Virus record (IMG/VR): IMGVR_UViG_3300031853_000004
Coordinates: 37,319 to 101,318 of that record
Strand: one strand, 5' to 3'
Length of the DNA stretch: 64,000 nucleotides
DNA from: a virus
Taxonomy: Duplodnaviria; Heunggongvirae; Uroviricota; Caudoviricetes
Shown here: positions 10,299-20,176 of the stretch, one piece after another
How the letters are laid out: every line of letters starts with the position of its first letter
Position numbering within the stretch: the first letter of the stretch is position 1
Notes under the pieces: generated by a model
Databases searched by the model: none
What the model was told of the DNA's origin: nothing
The model's input: the letters and a program-made list of their open reading frames with translations, nothing else
Position numbers and translations under genes: made by a program

Positions 10299-10550
10299 AT
10301 GGCTAAACTTTCTGATAATGCAAAAATCGTTTTAACCTATCTAAAAGATCATGATGGTGAAGAGTTCAATCATAAAGTGATTGCTGAGGATACTGGTCTT
10401 TCACCACGCAGTGTTACAGGTACAGTAACTGGACTTCAGAAGCGAGGATTTGCAGAGCGTATTGAGACTGAGGGTAAGGAGCCCAATTTAATTCGCGCTA
10501 CTGCTGCGGGTCTTGCATTCAATGTAGATGATGATCTACCTGAGAATTAA
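10299..10550 (+). CDS. small winged-helix/HTH-like DNA-binding protein (GC-richer than surroundings)
   Basis: AAAAGGAG RBS; HTH-like segment; local GC clearly above genome background. Confidence 0.45.
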   Translation: MAKLSDNAKIVLTYLKDHDGEEFNHKVIAEDTGLSPRSVTGTVTGLQKRGFAERIETEGKEPNLIRATAAGLAFNVDDDLPEN

Positions 10551-10562
10551 AATAGTTAGGAA

Positions 10563-10600
10563 GTAAAAGGAGAAGCGAGGGTGTTTGTATCCTCGCTTAT
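10563..10600 (+). terminator. hairpin terminator (GCGAGG...CCTCGC + T-run)
   Basis: Inverted repeat followed by TTATTTTG. Confidence 0.4.
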
Positions 10601-10621
10601 TTTGTATTGAAAGGAGTAAGA

Positions 10622-11284
10622 TTGACTTCTTTTAAAACTTTAGAAATTGCAGGTTGGAGAGCAGCAATTCATGGAATGCGGCATCCATTAAAATCACATT
10701 ATAAGTCAGATAGTTATTTTGATCCAGATTTAGATGATTTTATTGTTGGTGAAAATGATTTAGACTTAATGCGTAGGCTTTGTCAAGCTGCTGAAAAAGA
10801 AAATAATCCCGCGCATAATAAATTTCTTAGGATGATTCAAGTATGGGTTGATATTCGTGCTGATCGTGGATGGTGGCAGGAATTTGATACATATAAAGTA
10901 GGAACAACTACTAATAGTGAAAGTACTATGCACAGACTTATGAAAGATGGCATTTCACGTGATGATTTAAATTATGAGTGGGGTTTTGACAAATGGATGG
11001 ACGACGAAATGATAGGAAATATTAATACTGTTAATACTATCATTGATATTTATCATAATGAAAATCTTACCCAAGAGGAAAAAGAAAAATATTTTATTGC
11101 GGCAAAAGCTTTTCTTCCTGAGTCGTTCCTGCAGACGAGGATGGTAAATCTCAACTATCAAGTTTTAAGAAACATGTATAATCAAAGAAAAAATCATAGA
11201 CTTCCTCAATGGAGAATTGATTTCACAGAATGGATAAAAACTTTACCATTAGGTAAAGAATTAATAATGAATATTTGGGATTAA
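10622..11284 (+). CDS. hypothetical protein with weak ThyX-like RH..S...SY segment
   Basis: AAGGAG RBS then TTG 10622; RHPLKSHYKSDSYF resembles the ThyX RHRx7S motif only loosely. Confidence 0.35.
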   Translation: MTSFKTLEIAGWRAAIHGMRHPLKSHYKSDSYFDPDLDDFIVGENDLDLMRRLCQAAEKENNPAHNKFLRMIQVWVDIRADRGWWQEFDTYKVGTTTNSESTMHRLMKDGISRDDLNYEWGFDKWMDDEMIGNINTVNTIIDIYHNENLTQEEKEKYFIAAKAFLPESFLQTRMVNLNYQVLRNMYNQRKNHRLPQWRIDFTEWIKTLPLGKELIMNIWD

Positions 11285-11367
11285 TTGGGCAAAATTGTGT
11301 TAGTAATAATTATTAATTTTTATTTTATATAGTATAAAGTTAATAATTATTAAGAAAGGAGTATATT

Positions 11368-11553
11368 ATGACCAGACATAAAGTTGAAGAGCCAAAAACA
11401 GCTCGAACTTCTATGGCTTTTAAACAGAGTGAACTGGATACTTGGCGCAATTTTGCTACTAAAAATGGTTTTAAATCTTTTAGTGACTTTGTGCGTCAAT
11501 CTATTAATCATTATATAGATTGGAGTAAAAATGCCAAAAAGGATTGAATATAA
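11368..11553 (+). CDS. small ribbon-helix-helix-like protein (terminates TGA-ATA-TAA; TGA probably Trp)
   Basis: AAGAAAGGAG RBS; not in ORF track (<60 aa). Confidence 0.4.
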
Positions 11554-12448
11554 AAAATGAGAAGAAGTAGGTCCTTATAAATGCTTATACATAAAAGAAA
11601 GACCTAAACAAAAGAGTAGTGCAAGAAGGGCTTTATTTCTATGTGGAAGATGTGGAATTAGAGCTTTTGAAGCTCAAATTAATTCAATAAAATGTGGTTA
11701 TCAAAAAAGTTGCGGATGCGCAAAGTCCAATTATAGACCAGGTAAAATAAAAGATTTAACAGGGAAAAAATTTGGAAGATTAACTGTAATAGAGCAGGTT
11801 CCTCATAAAATAGGAGAAAGAGTAAAATGGAAATGTTTGTGTGAGTGTGGAAATGAAACAATTGTAAGTAGTGAACACTTATCTGAAAAAAATTATACAA
11901 AATCTTGTGGATGTTATGCTCTTGAACAAGCAGGGAATTATCAAATAAAAGATATAACTAACCAGCGTTTTGGTCTTTTAACTGTTTTAAAAAGAAATGG
12001 AAGTAAAAGATATAGTGATGGACATACTACAAGTTTATGAACATGCAAATGTGACTGTGGAAAGGAAAAAGATATATCTTATCATCCATTAGTTGGTGGT
12101 TTAACAATTTCTTGTGGTTGTAGAAAAATATCAGCAGGAGAATTAAAAGTAAAAACAATTTTAGAAAAATTAAATATTCCATTTGAGCAAGAATATAAAA
12201 TAGAAAATAATCAAAGATTTGATTTTTATCTTCCTGACTATAATTGTTGTATTGAATATCAAGGAGAACAGCACTATAGAGCAGTTGATTATTTTGGTGG
12301 AGAAGAAGGTTTTCAAAAATGTCAAGAAAGAGATTTTAGAAAAAAAGAATATTGTCAAAAAAATAATATAAAATTTTTAGAAATAAAATATACAGATTTT
12401 GATAAGCTTAATTTAGATTATATCTCTAATTTATTAAAGATAAGTTAA
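11531..12448 (+). CDS. putative homing-type nuclease: two zinc-finger DNA-binding modules plus a PD-(D/E)xK/DUF559-like C-terminal domain (two in-frame TGA)
   Basis: Modules GRLTV..C.CECG..SCGC and GLLTV..*.CKCDCG..SCGC; C-term RFDFYLPDYNCCIEYQGEQHY matches the DUF559/Vsr-like motif; TGA at 11558 and 12038. Confidence 0.5.
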
Positions 12449-12457
12449 AAACAACAC

Positions 12458-12486
12458 TTGACAAATTTAAAAAAATATATTATAAT
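12458..12486 (+). promoter_or_regulatory. TTGACA-N17-TATAAT promoter
   Basis: Exact hexamers. Confidence 0.5.
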
Positions 12487-12529
12487 ATAATTGTTAGATA
12501 AAACGCATGGAGAAAAGGAGATTTTGTTT

Positions 12530-13483
12530 ATGAAACAAATGACAAATCAGATTGATTTACAAGGATACGTTTTTTCAATTAGCGGGAATGGACTTTTTCA
12601 TAATACTGTAAATAATGTTGAATCAAAAATGAATGGTGTCGAATATATTAATGGTACTATTAATGTAGCAACAGATGAAGATGGTGCCAATGTAGTTCCT
12701 GTACGTTTTAATTTTGTAACCGAGAAATATGGCAAGAGTGGTAAAGAGAATCCTGCTTGGGCCGTACTTAATGATATTGAGGATGGAGATAAAACCTGGG
12801 AAGCTCAAGGTAAAGAAGGAGCTTATAAGATTCGTCTAACTTGTTCTGCAAGTTCTAATCCTTTTGTTGGTCAGGATGGTAAGATGGTTGATCGTCCATC
12901 AATTAACGTTAATTTTTCGCATCCTGCTAATAATGGTTTTAATGAGAATCAACGTAATACTTTTAAGTTTGATATGGTTATAGTAAACTTTGCAATGCGT
13001 GAAGTTGAAGATGGAGACGATTATGGCGTAATTAATGGTTATGTCTTTGATTCTTATCGTAAGGAAGCTACTCCTGTTTCACTTGTAGTACGTATGCCTG
13101 AAGCTATTTCATATTTTGAAGGACTTGATGCTTCTACTGCTAACCCAGTATTCCAAACAGTTTGGGGCAATATTGTTTCTACTACTATTCGTCGTGAGCA
13201 AGAGGTTGAGAGTGCATTTGGTGCTCCACAGATTACTTACACAACTTCTACTCAGCGTGAGTGGGTTGTAACTGGAGCTGCGATGGATCCAGGTGAGTTT
13301 GGAGACGAAGCTATTATTACTGAGGACGAACTTGTTGAGTGTCTTAATAATCACGAAAATGTAATTGCAGCAGCTCAAAAGCGTTATGATGATAAGCAGA
13401 ATGCTGGCAATGCTTTCAACGCTCCTAAACAGAATAATACTCCTAAGAAAACATTCGGTTCTGCAAGTGATTTTCAATTTTAA
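12530..13483 (+). CDS. hypothetical protein (GC-richer)
   Basis: AAAAGGAG RBS before ATG 12530. Confidence 0.45.
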   Translation: MKQMTNQIDLQGYVFSISGNGLFHNTVNNVESKMNGVEYINGTINVATDEDGANVVPVRFNFVTEKYGKSGKENPAWAVLNDIEDGDKTWEAQGKEGAYKIRLTCSASSNPFVGQDGKMVDRPSINVNFSHPANNGFNENQRNTFKFDMVIVNFAMREVEDGDDYGVINGYVFDSYRKEATPVSLVVRMPEAISYFEGLDASTANPVFQTVWGNIVSTTIRREQEVESAFGAPQITYTTSTQREWVVTGAAMDPGEFGDEAIITEDELVECLNNHENVIAAAQKRYDDKQNAGNAFNAPKQNNTPKKTFGSASDFQF

Positions 13484-13530
13484 AATATAGGCTTCTTTTA
13501 ATATTGGATTAATTAGAGAAAGGAATCTAT

Positions 13531-14541
13531 ATGGCTATTGATATTGATATTTTTAATATTCAGCCACATAAAGTTTCAAGGAATCTGTGTGGGTATACAG
13601 TACTTCTGTATGGTCAGCCGAAGACAGGTAAGACTACGATAGCATCGCAATTTGAGGATGCCCTATTATGTGCCTTTGAGGCTGGGTATCTTACGTTACC
13701 AAATGTCAAGGCACAACCAGTTAATCGCTGGTCTGAATTTAGACAAATTATCAAACAGTTAGATTCAGAACAAGGTCATCAAACCTATAAAAATGTTATT
13801 GTAGATACTGTTGATATTGCTTATGATCTCTGTGAAAAATATATTTGCTCAGCTAACGGAGTGTCTTCAATCGGTGATCTGTCTTATGGGAAAGGTTATA
13901 ATCTTGCTAAGAAGGAATTTGATGAAGCTCTTAGAAAAATTCCGCAGATGGGATATGGTCTTGTAATGATCAGTCACGCTCAAGACAAAACTTTTAAAGA
14001 TGAAAATGGAGACGAATATCAGCAAATTGTTCCTACTCTTGCTAATCAACCAAGACTTGTAGTAGATAGAATGTCTGATATTATTCTTTATGCTCATCCA
14101 GTTGAGGATGATGAAGGCCGTGTACATACTATCGGTTATATGCGTGGCACTCCTCGATTTGTAGCTGGCTCAAGATTTAAATATACTCCAGATTGGATTG
14201 AATTTAGTTATCAAAATCTTGTAGATGCTATTGGTGATGCAATTGATAAGCAAGCTATAGAGTTTAATGGAAAATATGTAACTGATGAACCTACTACAGC
14301 TCACAATCCTTCTCCAGACTATGATTTCGATGAATTAATGGATACGTTTAAAACATTAGTATCCAAACTTCAAGAAGCAACAGGTTCTGCTTTTGCTATT
14401 AATTGGGCACCGAGAATTATGGAAACTGTGGAACGATATCTTGGGAAGGGTAAAAAAGTAAATGATATGACCAGAGATCAAGTTGAACAATTAGTTTTAA
14501 TTGTTGATGATTTAACTGAGCAGGTTGGTAATGGAATTTAA
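13531..14541 (+). CDS. RecA-fold/Sak4-like ATPase
   Basis: Walker A GQPKTGKTT and Walker B-like VIVDTVD. Confidence 0.5.
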   Translation: MAIDIDIFNIQPHKVSRNLCGYTVLLYGQPKTGKTTIASQFEDALLCAFEAGYLTLPNVKAQPVNRWSEFRQIIKQLDSEQGHQTYKNVIVDTVDIAYDLCEKYICSANGVSSIGDLSYGKGYNLAKKEFDEALRKIPQMGYGLVMISHAQDKTFKDENGDEYQQIVPTLANQPRLVVDRMSDIILYAHPVEDDEGRVHTIGYMRGTPRFVAGSRFKYTPDWIEFSYQNLVDAIGDAIDKQAIEFNGKYVTDEPTTAHNPSPDYDFDELMDTFKTLVSKLQEATGSAFAINWAPRIMETVERYLGKGKKVNDMTRDQVEQLVLIVDDLTEQVGNGI

Positions 14542-14869
14542 TGATGTTAGTCGTCCTTCACACTATTGTGAGGGACGTTTATTCGAGCCAATAGAAGTGA
14601 TTAATGATTGGCAACTTGACTTTGATTTAGGCAATGTTGTTAAATATATTTCTAGGGCAGGCCGCAAAGATAATAAAATAGAAGACTTGGAAAAAGCATT
14701 GTTTTATCTTAATCATGCCATTAATAAGGAAAAAGATAAAATAGCAAAAGGATCATCATCTATTAATACTAAAATGTATGATACCTATAATTGCGGGCCT
14801 ATTGCGATAGATACTTCTATCCCTGTAAATTATATGAAATATTGTTATGAGGATAAAAATGATAAATAA
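14525..14869 (+). CDS. DUF3310-like protein (PSHY...VKYISRAGRK)
   Basis: Motif resemblance only. Confidence 0.4.
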   Translation: MVMEFNDVSRPSHYCEGRLFEPIEVINDWQLDFDLGNVVKYISRAGRKDNKIEDLEKALFYLNHAINKEKDKIAKGSSSINTKMYDTYNCGPIAIDTSIPVNYMKYCYEDKNDK

Positions 14870-15065
14870 CTATATAATGAATATAAGCAATGAATTGGCT
14901 CAAGCAAAATATTGTAAAACATTAGAAGAATTAGAAGATTTTTGTAAACAACATAATTTCTATTGTCAAAGTGCAAGTATTTATCCAGATGATTTTCCAA
15001 GAGTGGAAGGTTATATGGATGATGGTGATGTAGAAATTACATTTAAAGTGCAATCAAGATATTAA
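14859..15065 (+). CDS. hypothetical small protein
   Basis: GAGGATAAAA RBS before ATG 14859. Confidence 0.35.
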   Translation: MINNYIMNISNELAQAKYCKTLEELEDFCKQHNFYCQSASIYPDDFPRVEGYMDDGDVEITFKVQSRY

Positions 15066-15150
15066 TGTAAATGGCGTTTACAGAACTCCCGTAGTTGAGC
15101 CAGGTCTGGGTTAGGGACTGTAAACATATATTAGTAAGGAGGGGACTAAT

Positions 15151-15546
15151 ATGTATACTTATAAAGGAGTTATTACTAATGTAATTGATGGAGATACTTA
15201 CGATGTAGACATTGATTTAGGTTTTCATATTCATATACATGAAAGAATTAGAGTATTAAATTTAGATACACCTGAGTGCCGTGGAGAAGAAAAAAACTTT
15301 GGACGTATCTGTAAAGAATATGCAGAATTTTATTTTTTAAATAAAGAAATTCTATTAAAGTCAGAAGAAGAGATTAAAGAACCAAAAACAGATAGCTTTG
15401 GCAGATGGCTTTGTAGAGTATTCTTAGATTCAAATAAATTAAGTATTGCTAAAATATTTTCTGATTTAGGATGTAATAAATTGGAAGATAATTATTCAGA
15501 AGAAAATGTACGAAAGTTAAGTATGTATGTGCATTACTGGGAGTAA
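15151..15546 (+). CDS. staphylococcal-nuclease (SNase/thermonuclease)-like nuclease
   Basis: VIDGDT and NLDTPE motifs; AAGGAGGGG RBS. Confidence 0.6.
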   Translation: MYTYKGVITNVIDGDTYDVDIDLGFHIHIHERIRVLNLDTPECRGEEKNFGRICKEYAEFYFLNKEILLKSEEEIKEPKTDSFGRWLCRVFLDSNKLSIAKIFSDLGCNKLEDNYSEENVRKLSMYVHYWE

Positions 15547-15549
15547 AAA

Positions 15550-16047
15550 ATGATATATTTTATAGCTGATACCCATTTTAATGAAAAAAATATTTTATTT
15601 TGGAGTAAAAGACCTTTTTGTAATATTGAAGAAATGAATCAAACTATTATAACTAGATGGAATAATACAGTTTCTACAGAAGATACTGTATATCATTTAG
15701 GAGATGTTGGAATTAACTTTGGCAATATTTTATCTAAACTCAATGGAGATAAAATTCTTATAAAAGGAAATCATGATTTTGAAAATTATTTAAATGAAAA
15801 TTTTAAACAGTATTTTTCAGAAGTAATTAGTTATCCAATTATATTTAAAAATTTTTGGATTTTAAGTCATAAACCAATATATTTAAATGAATATATGCCA
15901 TATGTAAATATTTTTGGGCATGTTCATGGTAATCCTATTTATAAAGATTATAGCCCGCAAAGTTATTGTGTAAGTGCAGATAGAATTGACTATACTCCAA
16001 TATCATTTAATAAAATTAAAGAAAAAATAAATTCTTTTATGGAATAG
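15550..16047 (+). CDS. calcineurin-like metallophosphoesterase
   Basis: ADTHF, LGDVG, GNHD, GHVHG metal-ligand motifs. Confidence 0.65.
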   Translation: MIYFIADTHFNEKNILFWSKRPFCNIEEMNQTIITRWNNTVSTEDTVYHLGDVGINFGNILSKLNGDKILIKGNHDFENYLNENFKQYFSEVISYPIIFKNFWILSHKPIYLNEYMPYVNIFGHVHGNPIYKDYSPQSYCVSADRIDYTPISFNKIKEKINSFME

Positions 16048-16136
16048 GCAACTAGTAGGGAACTAGGAGAGACTGCTAATCTCATCGTAGATATTTAATT
16101 ATCTATTCGGATCGTAACCGAGCTATTCCGCCATAT

Positions 16137-16227
16137 GGAGTATTGGCCGAGTGGTTGAAGGCAACTGCCTAGAAAGCAGTAGAATGATAATCGCGTTCCG
16201 GAAGTTCAAATCTTTCATGCTCCGCCA
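16137..16227 (+). tRNA. tRNA-Ser (type II, long variable arm, G73), anticodon read as AGA
   Basis: Cloverleaf folds by hand: acceptor GGAGTAT/ATGCTCC, D-arm GCC-GAGTGGTTGAA-GGC (near-identical to E. coli tRNA-Ser), anticodon stem ACTGC/GCAGT with loop CTAGAAA, long variable arm, T-loop TTCAAAT, encoded CCA. Confidence 0.75.
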
Positions 16228-16240
16228 TATAATTATTTAA

Positions 16241-16272
16241 GCCGATCCGCTTATTGCGGGTCGGCTATATTT
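16241..16272 (+). terminator. rho-independent terminator (GCCGATCCGC-TTATT-GCGGGTCGGC + T-run)
   Basis: 10-bp stem then TATATTT. Confidence 0.55.
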
Positions 16273-16277
16273 ATATC

Positions 16278-16306
16278 TTGACAAAATTAAAAAATTATGA
16301 TATAAT
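16278..16306 (+). promoter_or_regulatory. TTGACA-N17-TATAAT promoter
   Basis: Exact hexamers. Confidence 0.5.
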
Positions 16307-16348
16307 TTAATATAAGAATAAAAATGTTTTAAAGAAAAGAGGTATAGT

Positions 16349-16828
16349 TTGCCAAATCAAGTAAAATGTTTATATTGCGGCAAACCATTTTACAAAGAAA
16401 ATACAGATTATGTGACGCCGCAATATCGAAGGTATGCACATAGAAAATGTGCGGTTGGAGTTGAAAAGATACAATGGTTAGCTAAGCAAGTATTAGGTGA
16501 TTATTATATCGAAGCGGTAGTAAATAGAAATATTAAAGATTTTTTATCACAAGGTATGACTTTAGAAGATATATATGAAGCAACTGATTATTGGTATAAT
16601 ATTCAAACACATAAAGAGACTGATCCATCTGCTTCTAGGGGCGGTATAGGTATTATTCCATTTATTCTACCAGAATATAGAGCATATAAAAAAAATCAAG
16701 AATTAAAAAAGAGAATTAATAAAGGTAAAAAGATTGAAGATTATGTAAATAAAAAAGGTAGAAATGTAATATTTTCAATTCCTCCAATTAAAAAACCTAG
16801 AGGTATGAATTTTTTTGAATTGAGGTAA
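16349..16828 (+). CDS. hypothetical protein with N-terminal zinc ribbon
   Basis: GAGG RBS then TTG; CLYCG...HRKC. Confidence 0.45.
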   Translation: MPNQVKCLYCGKPFYKENTDYVTPQYRRYAHRKCAVGVEKIQWLAKQVLGDYYIEAVVNRNIKDFLSQGMTLEDIYEATDYWYNIQTHKETDPSASRGGIGIIPFILPEYRAYKKNQELKKRINKGKKIEDYVNKKGRNVIFSIPPIKKPRGMNFFELR

Positions 16829-16831
16829 AAT

Positions 16832-16924
16832 ATGAGTGATGCAAGTAATATTGTTTTTTTTATAGCTATAATAGTTCTTTCATTACATATGCTACTTATT
16901 ATTTATACCCTCAGTAATAATTAA
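16832..16924 (+). CDS. possible 30-aa hydrophobic peptide
   Basis: GAGGTAAAAT RBS then ATG; single TM-like segment; short. Confidence 0.25.
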   Translation: MSDASNIVFFIAIIVLSLHMLLIIYTLSNN

Positions 16925-16944
16925 AATAAAGGAGGTAAACAAAT

Positions 16945-18462
16945 TTGAATGAAGGAAAATATGTTGACTCCGAATCATGTGTTCAAATAATTGGATGCGC
17001 AATGCAAGACCCGTCATTAATGGATGATGATGGTGCTTATTTTTATAATGAAGAAGATTTTACATCTGAATTTCATAAAGTAATTTTTGGTGCGATATAT
17101 AATCTTTATATCATGGGAGCTACTCATATAGATGTAAAAACTGTTGATAGTTATCTTAAAGATAGACCTCAAAGTTATGCTACATTTAAACAAGGTAATG
17201 GGGCGCAATGGTTGATGCAAGCCGCAGATAATGCAGATTTAGCTAATTTTGATTATTACTATAATAGAGTTAAAAAAATGACTTTATTAAGAGGTTATAT
17301 TAGAGTTGGTCTAGATGTATCTTGGCTCTTGGATATGGATAATATTACTAACTTAGAAAAAAAGCAAAAACAATTAGAATATTTTGATAACCTATCCTTG
17401 GAAGAAGTAGCTGATAAACTTGAAAATAAAATACTTGATATACGATCTACATATGTAGATAATAGCATTGAAGATGGAACTTTATTAGGAGATGGGATGA
17501 TGAATTTAATACAGTCTCTTGGAAGAGTTCCTGACGTAGGATATCCAATGTTTGGAGATTTAATTAATCCAATTACTCGTGGAATGAGGCTCGGTAAATT
17601 TTATCTTCGGTCGGCACCTACTGGACTTGGTAAAAGCAGAACAATGATGGCAGATTTTTGCAATGCTGCATGTAATAAAATTTGGAAAGATGGTCAATGG
17701 ATAGATAATGGTCCAGCTCTTCCAAGTATGTTTATTAGTACAGAACTAGAAATTGATGAACTTCAAACATTAGCTGTAGCTTTTTTAGCTGATGTAGAAG
17801 AGCATAAGATTTTAACGGGTGAATTAGATTTTGATGAAACTCAAAGAGTAGCTAAAGCAATTGAAATTTTTCAAAATGCTCCAGCATACATATATGTGGT
17901 GCCAGATTTTGGTGTTAAAGATATTGAGAACCTGATTAAAAGAAATATCAGAACACGAAAAGTTCGTTGGATTTTTTATGATTACTTACATAGCTCAATG
18001 AAAATTATTTCAGATATAGCTAGAGCGTCTGGCGGAATGAAATTAAGAGAAGATTTAATATTATTTCTTTTATCAGTTAAATTAAAAGAAATTGCTACAT
18101 CTTTTGGAGTTTTTATTATGACAGCTACTCAATTAAATATGTCATATAAAACGGACAGTATTCCTGATCAAAATCTATTAAGAGGATCAAAAGCGATTGC
18201 AGATAAAATTGACTGGGGAGCTATTTTATTGCCTGTTTCACAAGATGATTTAGATAAATTGGAAACAGTTTTAACAGACCAAGGATCGATTACTCCAAAT
18301 GTAAAAATGTCAATATATAAAAATCGTAGAGGAAAATATTCAAATTGTTTTCTTTGGATGTATGCTGATAAAGGTACTGCAAGATTTAATGGACTATTTT
18401 TAACTGACTGGAACTATGAATTAATTCCAATAGAAGAGTTAAACATAGATACAATGGTGTAG
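16945..18462 (+). CDS. DnaB-like replicative DNA helicase
   Basis: Walker A SAPTGLGKS, H1a ISTEL, DYLH, MTATQLN motifs; GGAGG RBS then TTG. Confidence 0.6.
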   Translation: MNEGKYVDSESCVQIIGCAMQDPSLMDDDGAYFYNEEDFTSEFHKVIFGAIYNLYIMGATHIDVKTVDSYLKDRPQSYATFKQGNGAQWLMQAADNADLANFDYYYNRVKKMTLLRGYIRVGLDVSWLLDMDNITNLEKKQKQLEYFDNLSLEEVADKLENKILDIRSTYVDNSIEDGTLLGDGMMNLIQSLGRVPDVGYPMFGDLINPITRGMRLGKFYLRSAPTGLGKSRTMMADFCNAACNKIWKDGQWIDNGPALPSMFISTELEIDELQTLAVAFLADVEEHKILTGELDFDETQRVAKAIEIFQNAPAYIYVVPDFGVKDIENLIKRNIRTRKVRWIFYDYLHSSMKIISDIARASGGMKLREDLILFLLSVKLKEIATSFGVFIMTATQLNMSYKTDSIPDQNLLRGSKAIADKIDWGAILLPVSQDDLDKLETVLTDQGSITPNVKMSIYKNRRGKYSNCFLWMYADKGTARFNGLFLTDWNYELIPIEELNIDTMV

Positions 18463-18474
18463 AAAGGAGGGATA

Positions 18475-19551
18475 ATGAGCTACTCAAAGGAAGAAGTTAA
18501 AGAACAAATTAGTATAGAAGATGTATATAATTTATTAGATTTTTATTCCGCGGAGCCGCAAATATTTGGAGACTATATAGTTGCTAAAACAATTTGTCAC
18601 AATGGAGTAGGAGAAGGAAGTCGTAAACTTTATTATTATGACAACACCGGATTATTTAGATGTTGGACTAGCGATTGCGGAACATTTGATATATTTGAAT
18701 TAGTTCAAAAAGTTGAAAGTATAGAAGATTTAAATAAAGCAATTTATTTTGTAGTAAATTTTTTCAATCTTCAAAGTTATTTAGAAGAATCAGATTTAAC
18801 AGAAACCGCAGAAGATTGGAAAATCTTTAAAAGATATGACAAAATAAATGATTTAAGTGTTAATAAAGATAAAGTAATTTTGCCAGAAATTCCAAATTAT
18901 ATAGAACATTATCCTTCCTTTAATTTTCCTGCTTGGGAAAGAGAATATATTTCAAAGGAAATAATGGATTATATGGGAATAAAATATGATCCTGTTAATG
19001 GAAATATATTAATCCCGCACAAAGATGAAAATAATAGATTAGTTGGTATACGTCAAAGAACCTTAATCCAAGAGAATGAAGAATTTGGTAAATATCGACC
19101 TGCAAGAATTGATGGTCATTTGTGTAATCATCCTTTATCTTTTAACTTATATGGATTAAATATTTCTAAAGAGAATATTAAACGTGCGGGAACTGCTATA
19201 GTAGTTGAATCAGAGAAGGCCGCTCTACAAATAATGAATTATTTAGGTATTGAAGGGACTATAGCTGTTGCAATATCTGGTAGTCAATTATCTAAATATC
19301 AATTTCAGCTTCTATTGGATAATGGAGCTAAAGAGATATGTATAGGATTAGATAAAGATTTTCATGAAAATGGTGATGATGATTTTAAAACATTAGTTAA
19401 TAAATTAGAAAAACTTTATCAAAAATACTCTACTTATGCAAATATTAGTTTTTTATTTGATAAAGAAGATTTATTGGATTACAAATTCAGCCCAACTGAC
19501 GCCGGGAAGGATATATTTTTATATCTATGGCGAAACCGGGTGATATTATAA
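18475..19551 (+). CDS. DnaG-like DNA primase (zinc-binding + TOPRIM)
   Basis: CHxn...CWTSDCG zinc motif; VVESEKAA and GLDKD TOPRIM-like acidic motifs. Confidence 0.55.
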   Translation: MSYSKEEVKEQISIEDVYNLLDFYSAEPQIFGDYIVAKTICHNGVGEGSRKLYYYDNTGLFRCWTSDCGTFDIFELVQKVESIEDLNKAIYFVVNFFNLQSYLEESDLTETAEDWKIFKRYDKINDLSVNKDKVILPEIPNYIEHYPSFNFPAWEREYISKEIMDYMGIKYDPVNGNILIPHKDENNRLVGIRQRTLIQENEEFGKYRPARIDGHLCNHPLSFNLYGLNISKENIKRAGTAIVVESEKAALQIMNYLGIEGTIAVAISGSQLSKYQFQLLLDNGAKEICIGLDKDFHENGDDDFKTLVNKLEKLYQKYSTYANISFLFDKEDLLDYKFSPTDAGKDIFLYLWRNRVIL

Positions 19552-19745
19552 TGTTTATTTTTCCATGTAATGAATGTAAATATAAAATAAATAAAAATAG
19601 TAATTTTACATATACTTATGTACCACGTGAATTATGATTTTATAAAAAACCTAAAAAAGATATATGCTCATATATAAATTATTATATTCCAATTACCAAA
19701 GGAATATTTTGTTTATATTATCAAGAAAAGGAAAATAATGAATAA
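19551..19745 (+). CDS. small Cys-rich protein, family member 1 (one TGA)
   Basis: TAATG overlap with primase stop; CNECKYK motif; TGA inside. Confidence 0.35.
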
Positions 19746-19935
19746 ACTTATAAAATATAGAAAGAATCATCCTAGATGTAGATATTGTAAATATAGTTAT
19801 TTATTAAATGCTCCAAAATATCTTAATATTTGGATTCATAAATGTGATTTAAAGGATGAAATAATAAGATTTTTTGATTGGAAATACTGCGGTTGTTTCT
19901 GCGACTATTTTGAACTGGAGAATTTAGATGACTAA
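19738..19935 (+). CDS. small Cys-rich protein, family member 2
   Basis: AAAAGGAAAATA RBS; RCRYCKY...WKYCGCFC. Confidence 0.45.
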   Translation: MNKLIKYRKNHPRCRYCKYSYLLNAPKYLNIWIHKCDLKDEIIRFFDWKYCGCFCDYFELENLDD

Positions 19936-20176
19936 TGAAGAAAAACAAAAAATTTTAGAATATAGAATGAAACAAAGACTAAAACATAAAAGATGTAAAT
20001 ATTGTAAATATAGAGAAAATAAAAGAAAAATTACTTATCTATTAGCAAAAAGTGTAGATTGGATTTTTTATTGTCCTTGAAAAGAAAAACTTTTATCAAC
20101 TGAATGGAGTCTTGGATATCAAGGATGTTTTTGTAAATTCTATGAGCCAAAGGAGTTAACTATAGATGAAATATAA
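19928..20176 (+). CDS. small Cys-rich protein, family member 3 (two TGA)
   Basis: GGAG RBS; CKYCKY...GCFCKFYE; TGA codons at positions matching Trp in member 2. Confidence 0.4.

Noticed and set aside
16048-16136. Possible second tRNA ending ...TTCCGCCA just upstream
   Set aside because: No acceptor-stem complement and no T-arm could be folded.
16137-16227. tRNA as an opal/amber suppressor serving the recoding
   Set aside because: The anticodon loop reads CTAGAAA; with U33 fixed the anticodon is AGA (Ser), not UCA or CUA. The type II arm and G73 fit tRNA-Ser.
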